DNA of 63,008 nucleotides, counting the filler, from Aduncisulcus paluster (Eukaryota): the NCBI GenBank assembly GCA_024181965.1. It is 15 parts of 15 records of this genome, joined end to end, with 100 filler letters (N's around TTAATTAATTAA, not from the genome) between each part and the next. Parts side by side here need not be neighbours in the genome. Positions count along the whole stretch, not along the records: positions 9,135 to 16,018 come from BQXS01009659.1; positions 16,119 to 17,354 come from BQXS01009660.1; positions 17,455 to 18,549 come from BQXS01009664.1; positions 18,650 to 19,941 come from BQXS01009675.1; positions 20,042 to 22,797 come from BQXS01009679.1; 10 more parts are not named here. One strand, given 5' to 3'. The position numbers were made by a program, and so were the translations under genes. This document shows positions 11,690-22,168 of this stretch, piece after piece (positions within the stretch are counted from its first letter, which is position 1; each line of letters starts with the position of its first letter). The notes under the pieces were generated by a model, which searched no databases, was not told the DNA's origin, and worked only from the letters and a program-made list of their open reading frames with translations.

Positions 11690-12340
11690 AATCCTTCATG
11701 AACTGAAATCCCATCAGTCTGAACCACTGTCTTAACTGATTTTTTTTCCACTGAGGGGAATTTCCTATTAAACTGTGTCGTAAATTTACGTTCCAATGAC
11801 CTTCCCGTGGTCGAGAGATTGTATTGTGGATAAATATGGCGATCATCAAAGGAAAAATCACTACAGAGAAGGTCCTGAAAGAGCGGAAAGACAGTGGGAT
11901 CAGCTACCGAACGGAGTCGGTGAGAGGACGCAATAGTGGCCTTAAGAGGCAGAAAGTCGGAGACAAAGGGTGTTTAGTCCCGTATTTACACTTGATGAAT
12001 AACTGCCTTGCTTGAATGCCCGATTCCTGCCCATGTGAGCTCGTCCGGCATCACCGTAGGCAATCAGAAGTTTCTTTTTCTCTTGCACTGCCAGACGGGC
12101 CAAGACGCTCCCGAAACCCATAACAAAAGAATTTTTTCTAATAATGTTGCCGAATTTATGGCGTCTAAACACTGCGACTTCCCGTAATTTTGAAAGCGAA
12201 TCCCAATGGCGAAGGAGCTGCTTAAATCGGAGTTCATATCCTTTCAGCGAGTCATCCTTCACCATTGGGATTTTTTCATTTAGCTTGTTTATCTCCTTGA
12301 GTAGAGTTTGTTCTCTCATTTTCCCATTATTCTTCCTCTT
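11690..12340 (-). pseudogene. Fanzor1-like (eukaryotic TnpB-derived) nuclease fragments
   Basis: EINKLNEKIPMVKDDSLKGY...WDSLSKL....FRRHKFGNIIRK...KKLLIAYGDAG, then, after frameshifts, ...FNRKIP...VVQTDGISV (11721-11701). Catalytic RuvC motifs are absent. Confidence 0.55.
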
Positions 12341-12849
12341 TCTTCCTTTTTTAATTAAGAAGAAGTCAGTGTCGGAATCACTTGATTCAACATTATATTC
12401 GGGTTCAAGCATTTTTTCGTTAGCAAAAAACAGAAAAATTGTATCTAAATCGCCATCTTCAGCAGATAGTTCCCCTTTGAATGAACATAGTGGAGTAGAT
12501 GGTAGTGGCACGCAAATGGAGCTGTAGAAAGAGATCTTTGAATCAGAAAATCATGGGAACGACGTTGGTCTACTGGGGATGATAGGCTCAGGAAATTCAG
12601 GGAGTACAACCCCACGTTCACCTCTAGGGTAGCAAGCCCTTTCACAAGGAATAAGTGCTGATATTATACCCTTACGATCAAGATCTTCAATAGAAAGCAC
12701 CCTAAAGGTTTCAGTGGGATAGTCTCCCTGAATCTCAGCGACATAGAACTCTTTCCGACAGTTGGGGCATTTTTTATAAGGCAGGTCTAGGATGTAGGAA
12801 TACCTTGTCTTCCCAGACTGTGCATGGGTCATGAGAACTCTTCACTCCA

Positions 12850-13300
12850 AAAAAAATGGATGTTACCCAATCTTCGACGAACATGGAATGTTCACAAAGG
12901 AATAAGACAATATTAAGTATTTCACCTTTTTATGGTTTGACATACCATCGAGAAAAACTTGTATTCCTACGACAAGAACAGGAATGTGTGGCAGTGATAG
13001 TTCTTCTTCTAGTTCGTATAGAACTTCCACCATGTCTCTACATCCAAAAACTTCCCTAATCACGGAATGAATCCGTTCCAACGCTCGTCCAGATTCCAGA
13101 GAAGTATATTATTGTGAAATGCATCGACTGCCGCTACGGCGGAATGCTAGTAGCATTCTTTCATCGGTCATAGCTGAGATTCTTGTTTTTTCCAGCTGCT
13201 TCAGAAAGGATTTCCGATATGAATCAATGGATAACAAGCAATTTAGATGGGGACTCTTAAAATATTGGTTTACCGGAACCAATAATAACGCATCCTCTTC
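12850..13300 (-). pseudogene. Second CACTA/Plavaka-like transposase remnant (first catalytic Asp region)
   Basis: VVGIQVFLDGMSNHKKVKYLILSYSFVNIP resembles the hxhxhDG...hY....NLP motif; the region is frameshifted. Confidence 0.5.
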
Positions 13301-14009
13301 CTCCTTGGTCGTTTCGGACTGGTGAGATGACTTAATACCCACGTATTGGAAGCCACTCACATGTAATACGATTCGTAGTGCCCGTAACTCTTTCTTTTTT
13401 GCAATCTCTTTTGTAGAGCATTTCCAATATGTTTTTCGGAAAAAACTAAGGAGGTTAATTCGCTCCCAGACAACCTTCGAATCAGATTGAGAAATAAGAA
13501 AGGTATCGGAGAGCGAAAAGCGCATACATGACATCCAAGCGCTCCAGAAGCAAGAATCCCGCCGGGGAGAGGCCCCACTCGCAACATTTCTCCCTTTCAT
13601 TCCTCCTCTGAGTTTCCTGTTTAAGCAATGCCAGTTCTGCTCTAAGTTTTTGCAACTCTGATATCTCTGAGTCACCCGTGCCGCTAGGTTGTAGCACGGC
13701 AGCTCCAATCGTAGCAGTTTCTTGATGAACTGACAAACTCGAAGATTCCTCGGAAGACTTATCTGTTTCATTAACATGCATAATATTTAATGGGTATAAA
13801 ACGAACTTAACTCTCAACAAAAGCTAAAATAAGCACAAAACATGGATTCATTTCGTGTGACAGGAAAACCTGTTTTAAAAATCTGAAATAAATCTAATTA
13901 TGATATTATAATCAAAATATTCTTTAAAATTTATCTTTATAATATATAATAAGTCTTTTCCTAGCTGTGAAAAAGATCACACCCTAAATCCAGGCCAGAC
14001 ACAATACTT

Positions 14010-14321
14010 TTATACATAATTATTTGCATAAATATGGTATCTATAAAATTCATGATGTTGATGTACAGTAACAAGTGAAATGTCAGAATCAGAAGAAAAA
14101 TAGTATTTAAAGAATCGTTCTCTCAGTTCTTTTATCCATAATAGGATTGCTTCTTCTAGAAATCTCCACTTTCTACTCAATGGATACCGAGATTTACCAA
14201 CTCTGTCCTTCTTCTTCCTTCCCAAGTCGATAAACAATGTCAGTGATCGATCAATAGTCTTGACATCTTCACATCTCATCATTCTTATTGATGCAGCTCG
14301 TTGGGTTGTGGATGCACACAA
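14010..14321 (-). pseudogene. Possible tyrosine recombinase fragment (Crypton/DIRS-like)
   Basis: STTQRAASIRMMRCEDV...GRKKKDR resembles YR box I (TGxRxxEhxxLxxxD) plus the catalytic Lys; no HxxR/Y box seen. Confidence 0.35.
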
Positions 14322-14864
14322 TGCTTACAAACAATAAACGCTGAAATTTTAACAAATGAGAATCATGAACGTGAGAAGAAACAAGCATCAGATAATAGTA
14401 GTTAGTTTATTAAAAGAAAAGAAAAGAAAACCCCGTAAGGAAATAAAAGAATTTCTCTTAATATCTATCCCTGTTGGGAATCAGAAACGTGACACCCTAG
14501 GTGCTGGGGGATGAGAGGGAGAGAGACATATCCAATCTTTCTGTTACCAATCACCCCATTTCGCTTTCACCCACGAGGGGTACTTGAGGTTCATGGGGGA
14601 GGTAACAGGAAGATGGATAGCGGTCAAGGAGGCCGTGAGGCATTGTTAGAGGAAAGCGAGGGGAGTAGAGAAATAAAATAAATAAAACAAGTTACGCTTT
14701 CTCCAAATAAATTTGTCGACGCTTTAATATATCCTATAGGATATTATCCTATGTTAGCCACTACATAATTCTTTGTAACCGTTGCAGTCTTACTCAATTT
14801 GAAATTGTGAAAATTTATTATTTTGTTACTATCCGACGTCCTTGATTAAATTGTAATATAATAT

Positions 14865-15500
14865 TTATTCTATTTCATCAAGCAAAGAATGAAAAAGTAT
14901 GTTTGTAAGCGTTATTCCAGGATCTTGTGGAAGTATTATTTTGACTTGTTCTTTTCTTCTTACTCTTGATATCGCCGTGTAAAATTGACCATGATCCCAG
15001 CATAAAGAATCATATAAATCTATAATACATTCAGACTCAAACGTTTTCCCTTGAGATTTGTGAATTGTAATTCCGTATGCTAATATAAGTGGAAACTGCA
15101 TACGATGAAAGGTTCCGTGACTATTTTCGATAACAAATAGTTCTCTCTTAAGAACCCACTCTTCTTGAGTCGCAATCAATGAAACGATTATCCTATGATC
15201 TTGAATTTCTTTTACCACTGCTTCCGTTCCATTGCTCACGTTTTCGGCCACACATATATTTTTCGTAATCATTACCTTGGATCCGGGAGCGATTCTTAGA
15301 TTTTCAAGTGCATATCGTTGTGCCTTATTGATTTTATCACGGAGTTGACGGCTTCTTTCTCTAATAAGTCCAGAAGCTGAGACGTAATAATCTTCGGCTT
15401 CGAACTCTCGAATTTCCCCAGGAAATAATTTGTTGATGACGATATAGTTCCAAGTCTGAGATGATTCAAACAGCGGTGTTATTGTTATGGCCCAAAGATA
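14865..15500 (-). mobile_element. Helitron-type PIF1 helicase, C-terminal part, 5' truncated
   Basis: Frame is open from ~15500 (ITPLF..N..FPGE..APGSKVMITKNI...NGT), then RMQFPLILAYGITIHKSQGKT and HGQFYTAISRV. Confidence 0.88.
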
Positions 15501-15524
15501 TTATTTTGTACGATTAGCTTGTTA

Positions 15525-15582
15525 TAGTCTAATCGTTAAGGCGTCACCTTGGTGATTGCCTGGTTGTGGGTTCAAACCCCAC
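15525..15582 (+). promoter_or_regulatory. tRNA-derived A/B-box element (pseudo-tRNA) upstream of a gag ORF
   Basis: D-arm GTCT/AGGC and T-arm GTGGG-TTCAAAC-CCCAC at canonical tRNA spacing; acceptor and anticodon stems are unpaired. Confidence 0.6.
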
Positions 15583-15740
15583 CTTGTGTAATTTTATGAA
15601 AGTCTGTAAGGAAGACTACAGCCTTGTCATAAGAATGACGTGACAAGTATTGAAGAGAATAACATATTATAGTAAATTGTGCTCACCACAAGAATTTTAT
15701 TTTCCAGGAATATTACAAAATAGCTATTTTAGTTTTATTT

Positions 15741-16018
15741 ATGGAAGTTAAGGTTGTTTTACCAAGATTAGCCACCGTGGGACGGGAGGCTTGGAAAAAA
15801 TTTAAGGAACAATTCCTCAGTTATCAAAAACGAGATGAAGATGCTGAAATAAGGACGTATATGACTGATACAGTCTGGACGATCTATCAGGCTCGGACAG
15901 GTTTGGCAGATGGAGAGGATTCCGATGTCATTCTTGAGGAAATTGATAAATTATACGGAATTACGAACAGATTGACCTGTGTATACGCCTTGGAGGAATT
16001 TAAACTGAAAGGAATTAC
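15741..16018 (+). mobile_element. Probable retrotransposon Gag N-terminus, 3' partial
   Basis: WKKFKEQF..Y motif; ILEEIDKLYG...ALEEFKL aligns by eye with LKKLLDQKFG...ELDKLSL of the gag at 2-736. Confidence 0.55.
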
Positions 16019-17454
16019 NNNNNNNNNNNNNNNNNNNNNNNNNNNNNNNNNNNNNNNNNNNNTTAATTAATTAANNNNNNNNNNNNNNNNNNNNNNNNNN
16101 NNNNNNNNNNNNNNNNNNAAAAGAAATATTATTTAAGACATTAAGATACATATATCATATATTCACATAGCAAAACTCTTTTGATCTCATGAAACACAAT
16201 CATCATGAACAAAAATATTCACCACCAATATCAACAAATTCTTCAAACCTTTACACATTCAAGGTAAAATACACATGACAAGTCCAAACAAATACCAAAT
16301 ATATACATATTATATACACTTTATTAACAAATATATCATCCAAATGATCCAAAATTAATCACATCATATCGAACATGGAAAAACATAGCAATTTCATACA
16401 TATTATTGCTCAATTATAGATGTTTAGGTCAATAAAAGTCAAAACCAATGAGATATCCTACACAAAGTATAGGGTACTTATTGAGAAGAATTGGGTCTAA
16501 AAATAGCTCAGAACAACACAGCTTTCACAATGATGAAAAGTCACCTGGATGCTTGTAAAAACACAACTTTATCTCAGGGAAGCTATTTTTAGAACGAATT
16601 TTGCCCCTCCTTTAGAATACCACCAGAAGACAAGCTTCTCAAAAATATGTCCAAAAATAGAAAAAGCTCCAAAAACGCATTTTATGTTCCGGGGGGTCGC
16701 GCTAAAGTGCCGGACCCCCGGATACCATATATATGAGAGGGGGTGAAAAAAAAAAGTCACTTCAGCTGGTGAAAAATTCCAGTCTGAAATGTCACATTTT
16801 TTTTTGATCATCGCTTCTCACTAGGATTTCAATTATGCTTTTTGTCTTTCGGGTGTAAATCCGCAAAAATTTTTTTTTTGTCTCAGAAAGGCGACTTCAA
16901 GATTTTTTTGGCCTGTGCATTGTGAAAAGTGAGTAATCGCTTTTACACAGTGGGACGCCTCCAAAAAAAGATGTGTGAGTGTGTTTTTGTGTCTTCACGA
17001 AATGCGCTTGCATGTAAACAAAATCCATTTTATTGTGATGAACTCTTTGAGTTTAGCATACTTTTGTAGCTCTCTGTGTAAGATGAATTATTTTTACGAG
17101 GCTTTGGCAACAAAGTAGTAGTCTGAATACTTTTCATTGTGTCCGCAAGGACGCAGAGAAATCATAACATAAATGATTTTACCCTTCTGTAGAAAATATT
17201 CGTTATCCTTTCTGCCTATTTTTAAGGTGGTGAAGGACTCATGAAGTACTATAAGGTCGGCTTAAACCTGTATTCAATGTGCCTGGGATGCCCAGGGGTT
17301 GGGGTTTGGGGCAGTGTATATATGTAAGAACCTGTACTAATCATGAATTGTCTCNNNNNNNNNNNNNNNNNNNNNNNNNNNNNNNNNNNNNNNNNNNNTT
17401 AATTAATTAANNNNNNNNNNNNNNNNNNNNNNNNNNNNNNNNNNNNNNNNNNNN

Positions 17455-18549
17455 ATTGGAGGGAAGACCATTCTTTGAAATTCAATACCCTACTGACCCT
17501 AAACCTGGAAGAAGATCCGCGCCGGAGGAGGCCGAGACACTTTTGAAAGAAGGCAGCCTGGATAACTTGTCTCGCGTTATGGGCCCCGATCTACTGAAAG
17601 GAATGGAGAAGATGGTGGAACTAAAAGACCAGATCACACCCGAAGATATTAAGAAATTTTCCATAGTCTGTGCAAAGGAAACAAGTAATCCAGTAAACCC
17701 AGATGATGATTACCAGAAGCTTGTAATAGCTTATTCAAATATATGGAAGACCTTTTCGAAGACCTGGACGAAACACCAGCAGCCGTTGAACCCTTTCGAG
17801 TGGAACTCGTCGATGAAACCCGCTGTGTTGCAGAGCAATACAGGCAAATCCGTAGGGACTGGAAAGATGAAATCCAAGAACAACTGATAAAAATGGAAGA
17901 AAAGGAGTAATCAGAATATCCCAAAGTTCATACCATTGTGCAACAGTGATACAACCCAAGAAAAACGGAAAACTCAGATTATGTGTCGACTACAGACCCA
18001 TAAACGAAATAACCAGAGGAGTGGGGCAGGTCCTGCCACGGATAAGTGATTTATTTGCGGCGATGAATAACATGAAATATTTTGCTGTTCTGGATCTCAC
18101 CTCAGGATACCATCAAATCAGTGTGCATGAAGATAGCATAAAATATACCAGTTTCGTGACGCAGTACGGACAATATGAATACACCAGAATGCCATTCGGC
18201 ATGAAGAACGCGCCGCCGTTCTTTCAGGCAACAATGAACCGAATCTTAACCGGTCTAGTGAACACCATTTGCTGCGTATACCTTGACGACATAGTCGTTT
18301 TTGGAAAAACCATGATGGGTTTATTAATCCATTTATTAGCCGTATTCATGAGGCTAGACAAGTACAACATGAAGGTAAATCTTGAGAAAACCATCGTGGG
18401 AGCAGAAGAAGTCGAGTTCCTAGGATTTAGAATCTCTGGTCTAGGAATTAGACGCTGCCCGAAGAAACTCGCAGTATTAAAAAGAATGAAAGTATTGAAA
18501 ACCAAGAAAGACCTTAGAAGCTTTATAGGCTCAGTGACATACCTTAAAG
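17455..18549 (+). mobile_element. Ty3/gypsy reverse transcriptase, partial, two frameshifts (~17740 and ~17900)
   Basis: KKNGKLRLCVDYR, LDLTSGYHQI, RMPFGMKNAP and YLDD motifs; the intervening frame reads EDLFEDLDETPAAVEPFRVEL...EQLIKMEEK/GVIRIS. Confidence 0.95.
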
Positions 18550-18649
18550 NNNNNNNNNNNNNNNNNNNNNNNNNNNNNNNNNNNNNNNNNNNNTTAATTA
18601 ATTAANNNNNNNNNNNNNNNNNNNNNNNNNNNNNNNNNNNNNNNNNNNN

Positions 18650-18784
18650 GTTGGTTGGCCTTTGGAGGATGCCACTTGGGAGTATCCCAGCACTTTGAAG
18701 GATTTGGAGGCCTTCGAGATCTATTTGGAGGCTAATCCCGATGCAAGACCGTTGGTTCAAAAGTTTTTAAAAGAACGAAAGTGA
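18650..18784 (+). mobile_element. Chromodomain C-terminal half, probably the end of a chromovirus integrase, 5' partial
   Basis: Translates as VGWPLEDATWEYPSTLKDLEAFEIYLEANP...*; a purine tract follows at ~18930-18950. Confidence 0.7.
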
Positions 18785-19490
18785 AAGTTTATTTTGGTTG
18801 CATTGAAGAATTAATTTTCGTGTTTATATTTGTTTTATTCAATTTTATTGTTTTTATTTTATGTTTTATGGTCGCGGTTCGACCGATAAGCAAGAAAAAG
18901 ATGAGATGTGTTTTTCGAGCATGGACCCTTAAAAAAGGAGAAGGGAAAGGATTTTATGAATTGTTATTAATATATTGTTTATTTTTGTTATTATTTTGTT
19001 TTATTGGGTAATGATGGAGGAGATAAGTTTTTTTGTAGTTTCATTGATTAAGATAATTTTGATATATTTTTATAACGGCTAATTAGTTTTTATTTATGAA
19101 TATTGTATTTAAAGTTTTCAAAATGGATCAAGAAACGAGGATGATAGAGGGTACTCAGATACCCTCCCCAAAATTGAAAAATGTTTGTTTTTGTGCAGAT
19201 TGTTAATTATTATTTGTGAAAATAAGGAATAACCTAGTTTAGATGCTTATGCCAAAAGAATTATGTGTTTATTATTTTAAAATATTGTTATTTTTGATTT
19301 CACATGGGGTTTGACACAGCCAATACTTTTGGTGAGATACAGTTGTAATGCAGCTGGAAACACAACTGTTTACAGGTTGTAATACCGGTGAAATAAGCAA
19401 TGAATCCGGTGATTTTACAAGTGTAAAACAACCAGTATTACAACTTATTCATCTTATTATTGCTTATGCTAAAATAATAAGAAATATTTA

Positions 19491-19784
19491 CTTAAATTAT
19501 GAAAATTAAATAAAAAAATAGAAAAAAAGAAAAATCGTTGGGGACCCCCCCTTTTTTACGAAATGAAACAGGAATACAGGGGGGGTCACCGGGGGAAGCA
19601 AGGAGGGTCAAGGGGAGTAAAATAAATAAATAATATTAAGGCTTACGCCTCCCCTGGGTTGATCAGACCCAAGGGAGACCGCTTTTAAGGACACGATGTT
19701 GACAAATAAAGAAGATAAAAATGGGAACTTGGTGCAAACATGTTGCTTGCATAAAAATGATATAAAAATGAAATAAATGTTAAT
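19491..19784. repeat. ~300 bp dispersed hairpin-containing repeat, copy 1
   Basis: Near-identical to 51177-51472. Confidence 0.9.
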
Positions 19785-20041
19785 AAAAATGATAATTATA
19801 AAAAATATTTTTATTTAAGGTCCATCTAAATTTGGAAAACGCCCGATACAAAAACCTTTCGAGATATGATGTTAAGAGTGTTATATCACAAAATTAAAAA
19901 AAAATTAATTAAAATAATTGAAAAATAAAAATAATTAAATCNNNNNNNNNNNNNNNNNNNNNNNNNNNNNNNNNNNNNNNNNNNNTTAATTAATTAANNN
20001 NNNNNNNNNNNNNNNNNNNNNNNNNNNNNNNNNNNNNNNNN

Positions 20042-21813
20042 ATACAAATCAATCCATTTCTCACGCAATTGCAAACCAGGAAGAACATAAACCTTCAACA
20101 AGGAAAGAAAATCATCTGAGACCTCAAGAATCTCATTTGTATGATCACGGGACACATTGTGCATAATCTTCACGATATTACATCGGACTGATGTCGGAAT
20201 GCAGAGTTTATCCTTGCTATGATACAAAGATATTAATTTGATGTATGGTCTGATCAATTGATAGATATCAGAAGTACAATCAACAGAACAAATATACCCC
20301 TTACAGACCTTGACGAAATACATGAACACGATATCCCGATCCAAAGAATGATTGGATTCAAGGATCGAGGCAAATTGCTTTATGATTTGTTTCATGACAA
20401 GACTCGAACGTTCGGATTCAAAATTTTCACATCGTTCCATCAATTTGGATAAACACACAAGGCATAAGGTAAGCTCAATTCCATTGGTTGTATCATTGAT
20501 TGGGGTGGAATATTTATCCAGAACTTCACGGATACATTTCACATTATCCAAAAAAATATCCTCCATTTCGCCGCGATCTTTTGAATACAATTTTAGAAGA
20601 AGATTCTTCCACACAAGAGTGGCTTCATCCGTGACATCATGATAATTGGCATAGAAAATGGGATCTAGACCATGAATCAAGCACCACTTCATCCCACTAT
20701 CATACTTGGGCGATATAAGACTAAATGTAGCTCTGTCGGAAGCAAAGAGTGTCATCAAGCGTGCCCAGAAGATATATCCATGAGAGATGGAAGCACACGA
20801 AGATTCAGCCTGGAACGTAGTCAACCACTCATCAAGACGATCTTTCACAAGCTCATAGATTAAAGGAATATTATCGGAGTTCGCAGACACAAGCACATAC
20901 AACATGGCCAGCAAAGGAGACAATCCATCACAAGGACAAGACTCTGCAGAACAAAGCTGACGAAGGATACTACCAAGGGAATCTAATTCGAAAGATTTTG
21001 AGGAGTAAGAATTTGATAAGATTTGGCATATATAAAGCTCAATCGCACTTCTTTCAAACGATTTAACAACAGGTTCTAAAGATCGCAATATGTCAACGAA
21101 AATATGCATAAAATACGAGGAAGATTCACAAACACATTTTAATATTGTAATGAGTGAATCTGGAATTAGTCTTAACGATTTCTCTCGAAGAATGATCCGA
21201 TCGAGAGCATTCATGGAAAAACAATAAATATCCCGAGATTGAATGAAATAAAAATCAATAAAATTAAAATATTCGTATTCAAATATTTTTGTTAAAATCG
21301 AACAGCAAAGATCTGTGAATTCAAGGCTCTGATATATATAATCCATTCGGCTGAAGAATGGAAAGTATTGAGCGGAGAATAACATGAAAACATCGCGAAT
21401 TGACTGAGATTTTCCGGGAGGAATGTTCTCAAAAACAGCCAGTAGATATTGAAAGACCAAAGAAACTTGTTCGTACCGAGATTTTAACTCTTCATCTGGA
21501 AGAAACATTATGAGCATTAATTGGTGTAACATAGAATCAAATCGCCAAATCTTATTCCAATAATCTGGCGATTTTAGTGAAATTCTTTCGGCAGCCAATT
21601 GGTCGGGTGTTAGAAATCTATTACCATTGGAAGAGTCCGAGTTATATGCGATCGAAGTGACACCTTGTGTTAGAAATTTCTTCTCCATCATAAAGCAACA
21701 GAATTGAAATCAGAATTTTGACAAAATATATAATATATCAAAAGTAAAATGGGAAAAGAAGATTTAATTTATACCTCACGCAACAACGAAAGGAAAGAAG
21801 TAATGATTCCCAT
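20042..21813 (-). CDS. Alpha-helical (ARM/HEAT-like) repeat protein of an expanded family, 3' partial; probable exon 1 at 21775-21813
   Basis: Long ORF with W..L...F......LISPKYD..M.WC, shared with 56362-59975; 13-codon exon MGIITSFLSLLRE followed by a GTATAA donor. Confidence 0.75.
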
Positions 21814-22094
21814 TAGGACTATTCCTATCGATCTATCATTAACTAGAACGCATATCAAAATTAATAGATACAACACTTTTATACATTTATATTTTTATTT
21901 TTGTAATAATCTGCCAAGTGGGGAACTACACAAAACGAAGATTTTCTGTGACTCTATCAAGCTTACTGGGACAATTATTCTCTATTCTGTGATAGTAAAC
22001 CAATTATATTTTTAATAATTTTAGTCAATTCTGAGTTCAGCGATTTAATAGATATATGTCTCTAAGATATCATCTGGAGAAACGCAGGTTTGTA

Positions 22095-22168
22095 GCTTCT
22101 ATAGTATAGTTGGTTTAGTATGGCCGCCTGTCACGTGGCAGACCCGGGTTCGAACCCCGGTGGAAGCG
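22095..22168 (+). tRNA. tRNA-Asp(GTC)
   Basis: Full cloverleaf: GCTTCTA/TGGAAGC acceptor, GCCGC-CTGTCAC-GTGGC anticodon arm, CCGGG-TTCGAAC-CCCGG T-arm, then a T6 terminator. Confidence 0.97.

Noticed and set aside
15518-15590. Functional tRNA-Thr(GGT)
   Set aside because: The acceptor and anticodon stems do not pair; kept only as a tRNA-derived element.
16885-17275. RNase P/MRP RNA (GAAAGGCGAC ... GTCGGCTTA), 5.8S or SSU start
   Set aside because: The P4-like pairing lacks the conserved bulged U, and the rRNA-like matches are short and not collinear.
17740-17910. Programmed frameshifting in RT (GAAAAGG context, also at 724)
   Set aside because: The two sites are in different phases and inside enzyme domains. 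Similar 1-nt indels occur in host genes (43430, 59325), pointing to decay or assembly error.
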